Assembly: GCA_038279365.1 (NCBI GenBank)
Contig: JAYODI010000013.1
Coordinates: 1-64,000 of the forward strand
Direction of reading: 5' to 3'
DNA length: 64,000 nucleotides
From: Candidatus Latescibacterota bacterium
GTDB lineage: Bacteria > Latescibacterota > UBA2968
Position 1 is the first letter of the stretch. Every line of letters begins with the position of its first letter. Both the position numbers and the translations under genes were made by a program. This document shows positions 9,628 through 19,399 of the stretch, one piece after another. The notes under the pieces are model-generated. The model made no database searches. It had not been told where the DNA came from and saw nothing but the letters and a program-made list of their open reading frames with translations.

Positions 9628-11424
9628 TTATAAGCTGTCGGCTGCGCTTTGCGGGCCATTCTGCTTGGCCTGTTGCACTTGCTCGCCATCAGAATGATCA
9701 GCAACACCATTGATATCGCTCTCACTTCTGCCATTGCCATTTTTGCGGTCTGAACGACCACGACTACGATCAAAACGACGCCCGCCACGCCCCCTTGGGC
9801 GATTGTTTTTGGGGCGGCGTTTGGTATTGGGCCTACCAGCCCAGTCGGTGGCGATGGTTTGGCGAATCACAGTAATTTGCACTTCACCCGGATAGGTCAT
9901 TTCATCGCGAATACGTTGCGCAATCTCATATGACAAAGTCTTTGCTTGCTCGTCATTGACACGCCCCGCATTGACCATCACACGTACTTCTCGCCCAGCA
10001 TTAATGGCATAGGCATCTCGCACGCCTTCAAAAGACTGAGCAACCTCTTCCAAATCTCTCACACGTTTAATATAACCTTCGGCATCGTCGCGTCGCGCGC
10101 CAGGACGCGAGGATGATATCGCATCGGCAGCTTTCACCAAAAAAGAGATGGGTGTGGACGCTTCGGCTTCTCCATGGTGATAAAAAATACCATTAATCAC
10201 CTCATCCCCTTCGCCATACTTGCCAACCAAAAACGCACCAATATCGGTATGTTTGCCCTCTTGTTCTTGATCGACAGCTTTGCCAATATCGTGTAAAAGT
10301 GCACATCGGCGGGCAAGTTTTTCATCTATGCCCACTTCAGCAGCCATTGCTCCTGCTAAAAAAGCAACTTCTTTGGAGTGCCCTAAGACACTTTGCCCAT
10401 AACTTGTTCGATATTTTAGCTTGCCCACCAACTTCACCAACTCGGGGTGTAAATCATCAATGTTCAGATCTCGAACGGCTTGTTTGCCTTCTTCAAGAAT
10501 TAAGCCTGCAATCTTTTGTTCACAATCGGCAACCACTTCTTCTACCCGCCCCGGGTTAATGCGTCCTTCACGCACCAACTGTTCCATGGCCAATCGGGCA
10601 ACATCGCGTTTGATCGGGTCAAAACTCGATAAAACCACAGCTTCGGGGGTGTCGTTGACAATCACCTTTACACCAGTAGCCGCCTCAAAAGAAATGATAT
10701 TTCGGCCTTCTTTTCCCACAATACGGCCTTTGATATCATCATCGGGCAATGAAACAACAGAAATGGATGATTGAACGGTTTGGTCGGTAGAGCAACGTTC
10801 TATGGCCAAGGACAATATCTTTTTGGCTTCACGATCGGCACGTTCGCGGGCCTGATCAATAATTTCGCGACCAATATTGGTGGCTGTTTGTTTGAGATCA
10901 TGCTTGATGGTTTCCAACAACATTTCACGTGCATGATCGGCATTCATACCTGAAATGCGCTCAAGTTGTGAGCGTTGCTGAATCAAAATATCGTCAAGTT
11001 CGGCCTCTCGTTTTTCTAACCGCGCACCCCGTTGACGAACTTCACGCTCGCGCCGTCCCAAGTCTCTGTCGCGTTGTTGAGCCACTTCCAAACGCTCAGC
11101 CAACTTTCCTTCCTGCTCTTGTTGCTGGTCCCCAACTTGATCGAGCTCGCGCTGTTTTTCATCCAATTCACGTTCAAAGCGTGCTTTGTTTTCATACCAT
11201 TTATTTTTTTCTTCTAAAAAAGAAGCTTTTCGATCTCTATCTGCTTTTTCCACAAGTTTTGCAACACGTTTTTCCGTTTGTTGCTCTGCATCGCGAATCT
11301 TCTGTCCATTAATCCAGGCACACAAGAGCCATCCCGAAGCAAGACAAAGGAACGCACCGACAACAGCCACCCAGATACCGTATTCTGCCAATATCTGTTG
11401 AGCTCCTTGCAATAGTGCATCCAT
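9628..11424 (-). CDS. rny: Ribonuclease Y with long basic C-terminal tail
   Basis: N-terminal TM helix, coiled coil, KH domain (KGRIVGKEGRNI), HD domain (LLHDIGK), AINAGREVRV. Confidence 0.95.
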   Translation of the reverse strand: MDALLQGAQQILAEYGIWVAVVGAFLCLASGWLLCAWINGQKIRDAEQQTEKRVAKLVEKADRDRKASFLEEKNKWYENKARFERELDEKQRELDQVGDQQQEQEGKLAERLEVAQQRDRDLGRREREVRQRGARLEKREAELDDILIQQRSQLERISGMNADHAREMLLETIKHDLKQTATNIGREIIDQARERADREAKKILSLAIERCSTDQTVQSSISVVSLPDDDIKGRIVGKEGRNIISFEAATGVKVIVNDTPEAVVLSSFDPIKRDVARLAMEQLVREGRINPGRVEEVVADCEQKIAGLILEEGKQAVRDLNIDDLHPELVKLVGKLKYRTSYGQSVLGHSKEVAFLAGAMAAEVGIDEKLARRCALLHDIGKAVDQEQEGKHTDIGAFLVGKYGEGDEVINGIFYHHGEAEASTPISFLVKAADAISSSRPGARRDDAEGYIKRVRDLEEVAQSFEGVRDAYAINAGREVRVMVNAGRVNDEQAKTLSYEIAQRIRDEMTYPGEVQITVIRQTIATDWAGRPNTKRRPKNNRPRGRGGRRFDRSRGRSDRKNGNGRSESDINGVADHSDGEQVQQAKQNGPQSAADSL

Positions 11425-11710
11425 TGGAGCCTCCTGTCTTCAATATTGAAATCCAAATTTAGGTCCAAGACGCACGCATATTTATGCCCAAGCCACGCCA
11501 TCACGCCCCATTCATGCGTACACGACATGATGCCAAAAGGAAAAAACGCCAAACGGCGCCCAGTCAATACCAAAAACACCCCTGTCAAATTCCAAATGGA
11601 CATCACAAAACACACCTTCAATAACAATTTTGCCTACATGATGTGGAAGGGAGAAGCCAAAAAGACCCCTCCCCTCCTACACTATTTTAACAACTATTTG
11701 GTGTTAGAAA

Positions 11711-12037
11711 CTACACACTAAAAGATTCTCCGCAACCACATTGATTCTTAGCATTTGGATTGTTGAAGCGAAACCCTGTACCCATAAGACCATCATCATA
11801 ATCCAATTCTGTTCCAGTCAAGTACAAGGCACTTTTCATATCCACAAATACACGCACGCCAAATGCTTCAATGGTGCTATCGTCTTCTCCTGCTGCTTCA
11901 TCAAAGTCAAGCTGATACTGTAAACCAGAGCAGCCACCACCAATCACCTTCAAACGCAGACCATGATCATCGGAACGCCCTTCACGCACCATCAGGTCTT
12001 TAATTTTACGAGCAGCCATCTCTGTGACGGTAACCAT
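11711..12037 (-). CDS. A-type Fe-S carrier (IscA/ErpA/HesB family)
   Basis: GGCSG and CGCGESF motifs. Start at ATG 12037 after GGAGG. Confidence 0.95.
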   Translation of the reverse strand: MVTVTEMAARKIKDLMVREGRSDDHGLRLKVIGGGCSGLQYQLDFDEAAGEDDSTIEAFGVRVFVDMKSALYLTGTELDYDDGLMGTGFRFNNPNAKNQCGCGESFSV

Positions 12038-12051
12038 TTCATCCTCCAGAA

Positions 12052-12531
12052 TCAACTGAGACCTTTAAGACAAGCTTTAATCGCTTCAAAATCGGGAACC
12101 ACTTTGGGATCATCCGATACCGAAGCAAATTGTACAACACCATTTTTATCAACAACAAAAGCTGAGCGTTTGGCAACACCTTTAAAACCCAACAAGTCTG
12201 CAAATTGGGAGCCATAGGCGGCACTGACTTCTTTGTTAAAATCGCTCAACAACGGAATGGTAATGTTATTGGCTTTAGCCCATGCTTCTTGTGCAAAAGG
12301 ACTGTCTACACTAATACCCAATACTTGAGCATTCAACTGGCCATAGGCATCAAGGCCTTGGCTCACCGAACACAGTTCGTCGGTGCAAACAGACGTATAT
12401 GCCAAGGGGAAAAATAAAATAACGACATTCTTTTGCCCTTTGAAATCACTTAAACCAATATCGGCCAAACCGTCGGCATTTTTGCTTTTAAGTGTAAAAT
12501 CGGGCGCGTGATCACCAACATTGAGACCCAT
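12052..12531 (-). CDS. Peroxiredoxin (AhpC/TSA superfamily, AhpE/PrxQ-like)
   Basis: FFPLAYTSVCTDELC (PxxxTxxC), GISVDS, LLSDF. Confidence 0.92.
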   Translation of the reverse strand: MGLNVGDHAPDFTLKSKNADGLADIGLSDFKGQKNVVILFFPLAYTSVCTDELCSVSQGLDAYGQLNAQVLGISVDSPFAQEAWAKANNITIPLLSDFNKEVSAAYGSQFADLLGFKGVAKRSAFVVDKNGVVQFASVSDDPKVVPDFEAIKACLKGLS

Positions 12532-12555
12532 AATTATTTTTTTCCTCAAGTTAAT

Positions 12556-13167
12556 TTATAATGCGGCTTCATACCGACGATTGACTTCTTCCCAATTAAT
12601 GGTATTGACCCAAGCGGCAATATAAGCGGGACGAAGGTTTTGGTAGTTTAAGTAATAAGCGTGTTCCCAAACATCCAACCCCAAAATAGGTGTACCTTCA
12701 CCGGTCATGAGTGGGTTGTCTTGATTGGCAGTGCTCATAATTTTGAGCTTGCCATCTTTCACCACGCACCAAGCCCAACCACTACCAAAACGGGTTGCTG
12801 CAGCAGCAGAAAACTTTTCATAAGCGGCTTCAAAACCACCCAAATCACTGACAATAGCTTTGGCAACTGCACCCGTTGGCTCTCCGCCACCATTGGGGCT
12901 CATAACGGTCCAAAACAAGCTGTGATTGGCATGACCGCCACCATTGTTGCGAACAGCTGTGCGAATACCTTCGGGTACGCTGTCTAAATCACTGATCAAA
13001 TCTTCAATGGATTTGCTGGCCAAGTTGGGATGATCGGCCAATGCGGCATTCACATTGGTCACATAAGCATTGTGGTGTTTGCTGTGGTGTATTTCCATTG
13101 TGCGCGCATCAATATGCGGTTCTAAGGCATCATATGCATAAGGTAATTTAGGAAGTTCATAAGCCAT
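12556..13167 (-). CDS. sodA: Superoxide dismutase, Mn-type signature
   Basis: [26 protein letters not shown]. Start at 13167 after AGGAG. Confidence 0.95.
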   Translation of the reverse strand: MAYELPKLPYAYDALEPHIDARTMEIHHSKHHNAYVTNVNAALADHPNLASKSIEDLISDLDSVPEGIRTAVRNNGGGHANHSLFWTVMSPNGGGEPTGAVAKAIVSDLGGFEAAYEKFSAAAATRFGSGWAWCVVKDGKLKIMSTANQDNPLMTGEGTPILGLDVWEHAYYLNYQNLRPAYIAAWVNTINWEEVNRRYEAAL

Positions 13168-13243
13168 TTTACTTCTCCTTGAGTTAAAAGATGAACTGCT
13201 GTGTGTATTATGCAAAAACAATAAATGAATTTGATGAGTTGAA

Positions 13244-13272
13244 AATATAATGAAGTCTTACGGGGGCGTCAA
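13244..13272 (-). promoter_or_regulatory. Sigma70-type promoter of sodA-prx-iscA
   Basis: TTGACG-N17-TATATT on the minus strand. Confidence 0.7.
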
Positions 13273-13338
13273 GTCTTGCGAACCAAAATCTAATCAATGA
13301 GAAAATAGGCACTTATCTATCAAATCTGGAATTTATTT

Positions 13339-14190
13339 TTAAGACTTTTCTACCCAAATGTTGTCGATTAATCGGGCCTTTCCAAAATACACGGCCACAG
13401 CAAGCAAAACCCGTCCAGACAAAACCGACAGTGGTGCCAAACGGTCCATATCGACGGCTTCAACATAGTCAATTTGTGCATGGGGCGCCTCGGCAATAAG
13501 GTTGCGCATGGCCCCCAATACTTGGCCTGCATCTCGCACGCCATCTTCAATCAGAGACTTTCCCAATTGAAGCGCGCGATAAAGCACGGGCGCTTCCTGC
13601 CTTGCTTCGGGGGTCAAATAGACATTGCGAGAACTTTTTGCCAACCCATCCGATTCGCGTATTGTGGGTGCCACAACCACGTCCACATCCAAGTTTAAAT
13701 CGCGAACCATGCGCTGAATCACCAACACCTGCTGTGCATCTTTTTGACCAAACACGGCCACATGAGGCTTTGTTGCAGTAAAAAGCTTGGCCACCACAGT
13801 CGCAACCCCTCGGAAATGCCCAGGACGCGAGCGCCCACACAAATTGTCTGTTAGGCCCTCCACATTGACATAGGTTGCAAAACCATCAGGATACATCTCA
13901 TTCACATCTGGCACATAGGCAAAATGCGCACCCGCTTCGGAAATTTGCTTTAAATCGCGATCCAAATCGCGTGGATAAGCGGCCAGATCTTCTTTGGGGC
14001 CAAATTGGATTGGATTTACAAAAATGCTCACCACCACTTGATCGGCATGTTGTAATGCCTGCGTAACCAAACTCAGGTGCCCTTCATGTAAGTATCCCAT
14101 TGTGGGCACCAGCCCAATGCGGTTGCCACGTTGTCGCAATTGATCGGCCACAGTGTGCATGTGCGAAACAGTTTTGATCACATCAACCAT
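13339..14190 (-). CDS. panC: Pantoate-beta-alanine ligase
   Basis: VPTMGYLHEGH, RPGHFRGV, FGQKD, SSRN, RLIDN. Confidence 0.97.
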   Translation of the reverse strand: MVDVIKTVSHMHTVADQLRQRGNRIGLVPTMGYLHEGHLSLVTQALQHADQVVVSIFVNPIQFGPKEDLAAYPRDLDRDLKQISEAGAHFAYVPDVNEMYPDGFATYVNVEGLTDNLCGRSRPGHFRGVATVVAKLFTATKPHVAVFGQKDAQQVLVIQRMVRDLNLDVDVVVAPTIRESDGLAKSSRNVYLTPEARQEAPVLYRALQLGKSLIEDGVRDAGQVLGAMRNLIAEAPHAQIDYVEAVDMDRLAPLSVLSGRVLLAVAVYFGKARLIDNIWVEKS

Positions 14191-15037
14191 GGGAGACCTG
14201 CAGGATGTTTTCTAACTGAGCCTTAAATGCACGCAATTCTTTGTTTTTCATTAAAAAACGATGTTCCTCATCTGGAAATTGTTTCGTTCTGACATCGGCA
14301 CAATAATCTTCAAACGCTTTTTGCATCACATCTTTTACTTGGGCGTATTGCTTGACAAACCGAAACATCTTGTCATTGACACCCAACAAATCGTGAACAA
14401 CCAACACCTGCCCATCACACACACGCCCCGCCCCAATGCCAATGGTGGGTATGGCAACCTGTTCGGTCACAGCTTCTGCCACCCGCTCGGGAATGCATTC
14501 GAGCACAACACCTACAGCCCCAGCCCCTTCTAAGGCCAACGCATCTTCAAAAACCACAACGGCTTCATCGGCCCGATCCCCATAAAGTGGGCGTTCTCCA
14601 ATGCGCGTTTGGGGAGTATATCCCACATGGCCCACAACAGAAATACCCACCTCCACCAATGCCGTCACTTGGGCACTGACTTCTCGCCCACCTTCCAACT
14701 TTACCAACTCGGCCCCCGCATCAACCAACAACTGCCCATTCTCAACAGCCATTTGGGGCGTTTGATAACTGCCATAGGGCAAATCAACCATCAAAAGTGC
14801 GTCCTTAACGCCTCGCCGCACCGCCCGTGTATGGTGCAACATATCGGCCATTGTCACATCCTGTGGCCCATCATATCCCAACACATTTTGCCCAACAGAA
14901 TCCCCCACAAAAACCACATCTACACCTGTAGCATCTTGTAACTTAGCCGTAGGAAAGTCATAACACGTCATGACAACAATGGGTGTTTTGTCTTTCTTCA
15001 TCTGTGCCAATGACTCTATTTTTATCCGCAACCCCAT
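14183..15037 (-). CDS. panB: 3-methyl-2-oxobutanoate hydroxymethyltransferase
   Basis: VGDS, VKLEGG, GHVGYTPQ, PTIGIGAG..CDGQVLV. Confidence 0.95.
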   Translation of the reverse strand: MGLRIKIESLAQMKKDKTPIVVMTCYDFPTAKLQDATGVDVVFVGDSVGQNVLGYDGPQDVTMADMLHHTRAVRRGVKDALLMVDLPYGSYQTPQMAVENGQLLVDAGAELVKLEGGREVSAQVTALVEVGISVVGHVGYTPQTRIGERPLYGDRADEAVVVFEDALALEGAGAVGVVLECIPERVAEAVTEQVAIPTIGIGAGRVCDGQVLVVHDLLGVNDKMFRFVKQYAQVKDVMQKAFEDYCADVRTKQFPDEEHRFLMKNKELRAFKAQLENILQVSHG

Positions 15038-15058
15038 AAAGTAAACTCCCAATCCCAA

Positions 15059-15715
15059 TTAAACATTGACATGCACTGGCCGATAATACCGCGTTCCGGC
15101 AGGTGGTGACAATATCTGTTCAACCAAATCGTCTAAGTCTTCTAATTGATTGGCAAAATCAATTTCAGACACATTAACAACCAACAAAGGCGTATCGGTG
15201 TAATGAAAAAAGAAATGATTATACCCTTCACTTAATCGAGCCAAATATTCTTCAGAAATCACACGTTCATACCCTCGGTCGCGTGCCCGAATACGGCGCA
15301 ACAAATGAGGTACAGAATCTTGTAAATAAACCACCAAATCGGGCCGAGGAATTTTTTCACTTAACGTATCGGCCAAACGTTCGTACAAAGCAAACTCTGC
15401 ATCATTTAAACTTGCATTGGCGTAAATGCGGTCGCGCTCAAAAATAAAGTTGCTGATCACAAATTTTTCAAACAAATCCATTTGGTGCAACTCTTGTTGC
15501 AAGCGATAGCGACTGAGCATAAAAAACACCTGCGTCTGAAATCCATAATGCTGAGGATTTTCGTAAAAAAGAGGCAAAAACGGATTTTCGGCCACGTCTT
15601 CAAGTGCCAAACGCGCCTTGAGACGCCCCGCCAATAAACGAGCCAGTCGGGTTTTACCAACGCCCGTAACACCTTCTATGGCAATATAACGCACAGCCAC
15701 GGGTTTTTCCCTCAT
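15059..15715 (-). CDS. Deoxynucleoside kinase family protein
   Basis: IAIEGVTGVGKT P-loop, NPFLPLFY, PDLVVYL, RIRARDR; typical folK-panB neighbourhood. Confidence 0.9.
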   Translation of the reverse strand: MREKPVAVRYIAIEGVTGVGKTRLARLLAGRLKARLALEDVAENPFLPLFYENPQHYGFQTQVFFMLSRYRLQQELHQMDLFEKFVISNFIFERDRIYANASLNDAEFALYERLADTLSEKIPRPDLVVYLQDSVPHLLRRIRARDRGYERVISEEYLARLSEGYNHFFFHYTDTPLLVVNVSEIDFANQLEDLDDLVEQILSPPAGTRYYRPVHVNV

Positions 15716-16221
15716 GCCCACAATGAAAGATGCGCAACACGATGTACCGCACCATCATCGACATCATTTAACAACGACGCAAATGAACACCCCAAAACAG
15801 GGTGTTTTTCTTCAGCGACAAGATCGCAAAGCGGATGCAAAACAAAACCGCGAACATGCAAATAGGGATGTGGCACAGTCAAGCCAGGCTCGTCGATAAC
15901 AGCCTCACCAAATAACAACACATCCAAATCCAAAATGCGTGGTCCCCATTTTTTGAGACGTCTTCGACCAAAAAACAACTCGGTCTCAAGCAACACACCC
16001 AACAATGCTTGTGCGGTTAAAGATGTTTCTACTTGTACAACGGCATTTAGAAAATCGGGTTGATCCAAAACACCCACAGGCCCCGTTTCGTAAACCGAAG
16101 AAACCGCCACAACATCTATTTGTTTATGGGTATCTAACCGATCTACAGCCAAACGCAAAGTCTCTGCTCGATCTCCTAAATTGGCACCGATGCCCAAAAA
16201 AGCTGTTGTTTTCTCAGACAC
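15712..16221 (-). CDS. folK: 2-amino-4-hydroxy-6-hydroxymethyldihydropteridine diphosphokinase
   Basis: GIGANLG, SSVYET, FLNAV, WGPRILDLD, LTVPHP. GTG start at 16221. Confidence 0.95.
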   Translation of the reverse strand: MSEKTTAFLGIGANLGDRAETLRLAVDRLDTHKQIDVVAVSSVYETGPVGVLDQPDFLNAVVQVETSLTAQALLGVLLETELFFGRRRLKKWGPRILDLDVLLFGEAVIDEPGLTVPHPYLHVRGFVLHPLCDLVAEEKHPVLGCSFASLLNDVDDGAVHRVAHLSLWA

Positions 16222-16576
16222 CGCGACACACCTCAACTTCAACCCCATCAAATTGTGTGGCTACTGGCGGGTTGGGCTTGCGCACTCTGACCACCACATT
16301 TTGCAATTGCAACGCAGATAACAACACCTCAGCAATCCGATCGGCCAATGCCTCAACCAACCCAAACCGTTCCTTTGTGACCACCTGCTCAACCAACTCA
16401 CATACGCGCGGGTAATCTACGGCCTTGGGGTGGGTATCCAGTTTGGACCACCCACGGAAATCGCCAGCCACATCCACATCCACCTCAAACTGCTGCCCCA
16501 ATGTGGCCTCTTCATTTAATAAACCGTGATAACCGTAAAAGGTCATATTTCGAATTCGTAACGTGTCTTTTTTCAT
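16214..16576 (-). CDS. folB: Dihydroneopterin aldolase
   Basis: FYGYHG..EE..GQQFEVD, VDY, LVEALA, VRKP. Confidence 0.95.
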   Translation of the reverse strand: MKKDTLRIRNMTFYGYHGLLNEEATLGQQFEVDVDVAGDFRGWSKLDTHPKAVDYPRVCELVEQVVTKERFGLVEALADRIAEVLLSALQLQNVVVRVRKPNPPVATQFDGVEVEVCRGV

Positions 16577-16583
16577 AGCGCCT

Positions 16584-16612
16584 AATATTTACAAAACACA
16601 CACTTAAGTCAA
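16584..16612 (-). promoter_or_regulatory. Possible sigma70 promoter directly before the folB ATG
   Basis: TTGACT-N17-AATATT, 7 nt from the start codon. Confidence 0.45.
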
Positions 16613-16658
16613 GTTATTTATAGCACTTGCAATACCTCACCCCAATATCCATCTGCAC

Positions 16659-17714
16659 TTACTTTTTAACTTCCACAAACGGCAGTGACACAATTTCCCC
16701 TTCTGCCTCACCAACCAGCACCCGTTGCCCCACATCATGCATACCTCGCTTTATAACAGCCAAGGCAATCACGCCATTCAAAGCCATTGAATGGACACAA
16801 CTCGTAACACGCCCAACAACCTTATCATCAACAACCACTTCGGTATTGGGTGCAATCAATTTTTCCCTATCCAAACGCACACCAACCAAATAACGCCGAG
16901 GTTTGCCCCGAAAATGCATCTTGGCAATTACCTCCTGCCCGATATAGCACCCCTTATTAAAATCAACGGTATCTTCTAAACCCACTTCCAAAGGAGCGAC
17001 TGCTTCATCAATCTCAATACCGCAAAGCGGAATGCCGGCTTCTATCCGCAACACTTCTTGTGCCAATGTGCCCACGGGTATCGCCCCAGCCCCCACCAAC
17101 GCCCGCCATAAATCTGCCCCGACACCCACAGAAACACGAACATCAAAACCATCTTCACCCAAAAACGAGCACCGAGTGACCCATATCGGCAGCTCATTCC
17201 ACTGCCCCATTACCGTATGATGTTCAGACAAATCATCTCCAACAAGCCCAACCACCTTTTTGATATTTGACCCTGCCAGAGGTCCTACCACACCCAAAAT
17301 AACCCAATTTTGTGTCTCATCGGTCATCACAACATCGTCTGCAATTAAATACCGATCCAATGTGTCATACAACCTGGCTTGATACCCAAATTCTGTTTCC
17401 AACCACAAATATTCGCCCAAATGATGCACCCACAAATCCAAAAGCGTTTGCCCATGAACCGTTGTGAGTGCCGCGTGATTGCCCGCCCACTCTGATAAAC
17501 CCTGCACAGTATTGGTCACCATCCCGTGTAAAAACCGTGTGCGATCTTTGCCCGTTATGCGCAATTTACCTCTGCCACTGCGATCTACCAATCCTACCCC
17601 AGTTTTCACGGCTTGATATTCAAAAGCAGAATCGCCATAATGAATAGGGGGCAAAGATCCATTTTCTTCATTGAATACCGCCCCTGCCTCAACCTGCAAA
17701 TCTTTCAATGACAC
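16659..17714 (-). CDS. Folate-binding GcvT/YgfZ family protein
   Basis: GcvT fold motifs with the YgfZ signature KGCYIGQE. Confidence 0.88.
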   Translation of the reverse strand: MSLKDLQVEAGAVFNEENGSLPPIHYGDSAFEYQAVKTGVGLVDRSGRGKLRITGKDRTRFLHGMVTNTVQGLSEWAGNHAALTTVHGQTLLDLWVHHLGEYLWLETEFGYQARLYDTLDRYLIADDVVMTDETQNWVILGVVGPLAGSNIKKVVGLVGDDLSEHHTVMGQWNELPIWVTRCSFLGEDGFDVRVSVGVGADLWRALVGAGAIPVGTLAQEVLRIEAGIPLCGIEIDEAVAPLEVGLEDTVDFNKGCYIGQEVIAKMHFRGKPRRYLVGVRLDREKLIAPNTEVVVDDKVVGRVTSCVHSMALNGVIALAVIKRGMHDVGQRVLVGEAEGEIVSLPFVEVKK

Positions 17715-17940
17715 GCCTTATCCTCCATTTTGCGTAAAATATACTCAATAAATCAAATATTTGCGCACAAAGACCAAGATTGGACCATCTTTTGCCTTTG
17801 CGTCTTTTATCTTCTCTTATATAATAATTGGATAACGTATGGCACTTGCCTTGCCTGTCAAGGGATGATTCCCAAAGTTTCACAATCCAGACATTGCTCA
17901 CTGAACCATTCAACAAATCAGCTTAAAGGAGCCAGACCCC

Positions 17941-18909
17941 ATGAAAGCCATTCGCATCAGCCAATATGGTGGCCCAGAAGTTTTATCACTTGAAGACATA
18001 GACACACCATCACCGGGTGACGGACAAATACGCATCAAAGTAGAAGCTGCAGGACTCAACTTTATTGACACCTATCACCGCACTGGCCTTTATCCACTCA
18101 ACCTCCCGCTCACACTGGGATTAGAAGGTGCTGGCGTGATCGACGCCATCGGTACCAACGTTTCCCAATTATCTGTTGGAGATCGCGTTGCGTGGAAAAG
18201 TGTGCCTGGCTCCTATGCCGAATATGTGGTCGCCAAACCATCCGACGTGGTCAAAATTCCTGACAATGTCGAAACCAAAACCGCCGCCGCTGTGATGCTT
18301 CAAGGACTCACAGCACATTATTTGTCAAACAGCACTTATCCGTTGAGCCAAAACGACACCTGCCTCATTCACGCGGCAGCGGGTGGTGTGGGTCTCTTGC
18401 TTGTTCAAATGGCCAAAATGCGTGGTGCCCGTGTTTTTGGCACCACATCGACCCCCGAAAAAGCCGAGCTCGCCCGCAAAGCAGGTGCAGATGAAGTGAT
18501 TCTTTACACCGAAAAAGACTTTGAAGCCGAAGTCAAACGCCTCACCGATGGCAATGGTTTGAATGTGGTTTATGACTCCGTTGCCAAAGCCACCTGGGAA
18601 AAAAGCATCAACTGCCTCAAACCACGCGGATACATGGTCTTTTTTGGCAATGCAAGTGGCCCCGTTCCGCCCATAGATCCCTTATTGCTCTCACAAAAAG
18701 GGTCTATTTTTATGACACGCCCAACCCTCAACAGTTACACCCTCACAGCAGAAGAATACTTAGGCCGTACCAACGACATTATGGGCTGGATTGGCAGTGG
18801 CAAACTCGACGTGCGTATTGGCGAAGAACACCCCCTTGCCGATGCCGCAGAGGCCCATCGCCGTTTAGAAGGTCGCAAAACAACAGGCAAAGTGCTTATC
18901 GTGCCATAG
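17941..18909 (+). CDS. qor: NADPH:quinone oxidoreductase (zeta-crystallin family)
   Basis: GLNFIDTYHRTGLY, HAAAGGVG, FGNASG, GRKTTGKV. Confidence 0.93.
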   Translation: MKAIRISQYGGPEVLSLEDIDTPSPGDGQIRIKVEAAGLNFIDTYHRTGLYPLNLPLTLGLEGAGVIDAIGTNVSQLSVGDRVAWKSVPGSYAEYVVAKPSDVVKIPDNVETKTAAAVMLQGLTAHYLSNSTYPLSQNDTCLIHAAAGGVGLLLVQMAKMRGARVFGTTSTPEKAELARKAGADEVILYTEKDFEAEVKRLTDGNGLNVVYDSVAKATWEKSINCLKPRGYMVFFGNASGPVPPIDPLLLSQKGSIFMTRPTLNSYTLTAEEYLGRTNDIMGWIGSGKLDVRIGEEHPLADAAEAHRRLEGRKTTGKVLIVP

Positions 18910-18931
18910 GCATTAAAAATACATAAGGCAT

Positions 18932-18982
18932 AAACCAAAAGAAGCCCGTTCCGCAGCAATTGGAACGGGCTTCTTTTGGTTT
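18932..18982. terminator. Intrinsic terminator (21-bp perfect inverted repeat)
   Basis: AAACCAAAAGAAGCCCGTTCC / GGAACGGGCTTCTTTTGGTTT. Confidence 0.9.
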
Positions 18983-19102
18983 TAAAATGGCTAAGTGGTA
19001 AAAAACACCCATTCTCCGCCACACACCATTCAACCTAAGTCATTATATAATAAATACATGTCATTTATTTTAAAAAAATATTAAAAAAAAGTAAAAAAAT
19101 AC

Positions 19103-19130
19103 TAAAGATACCTGCCCTATGTGCCGATCT
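19103..19130 (+). promoter_or_regulatory. Sigma28 (FliA/SigD)-like promoter
   Basis: TAAA-N16-GCCGATCT preceded by an A-rich UP-like tract. Confidence 0.6.
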
Positions 19131-19399
19131 ATAGAGATACAGGGGTTATATACCTTGCGCGATGCCGACGCGAAGAAGCACATATCCACCCAATTACGAT
19201 GGGTCATTCCGATGCACCGACAACCGATGTCGAGACTCCAGTCGGATCTGTCTAAACTGTTTTCTCATTTACTCGAAGAAGACATTGTGCTGTCTCCTTA
19301 TCAAGCACACCAGATTGCCTCACAAGTGACTCTCACGTATCACACGTTGGATTTGGAAACAAATCCAAACACTCCCAACGGGAAACAAGGATAGCCGTT

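Noticed and set aside
11425-11710. Possible 6S RNA upstream of rny
   Set aside because: 6S RNA often lies near rny, but I see no long rod-like self-complementarity here, only promoter-like TTGAC motifs.
19119-19394. 91-aa ORF upstream of the 19400 gene
   Set aside because: Its ATG lies inside the sigma28-like promoter and the region is dominated by stem-loops. A shorter internal ORF cannot be fully excluded.
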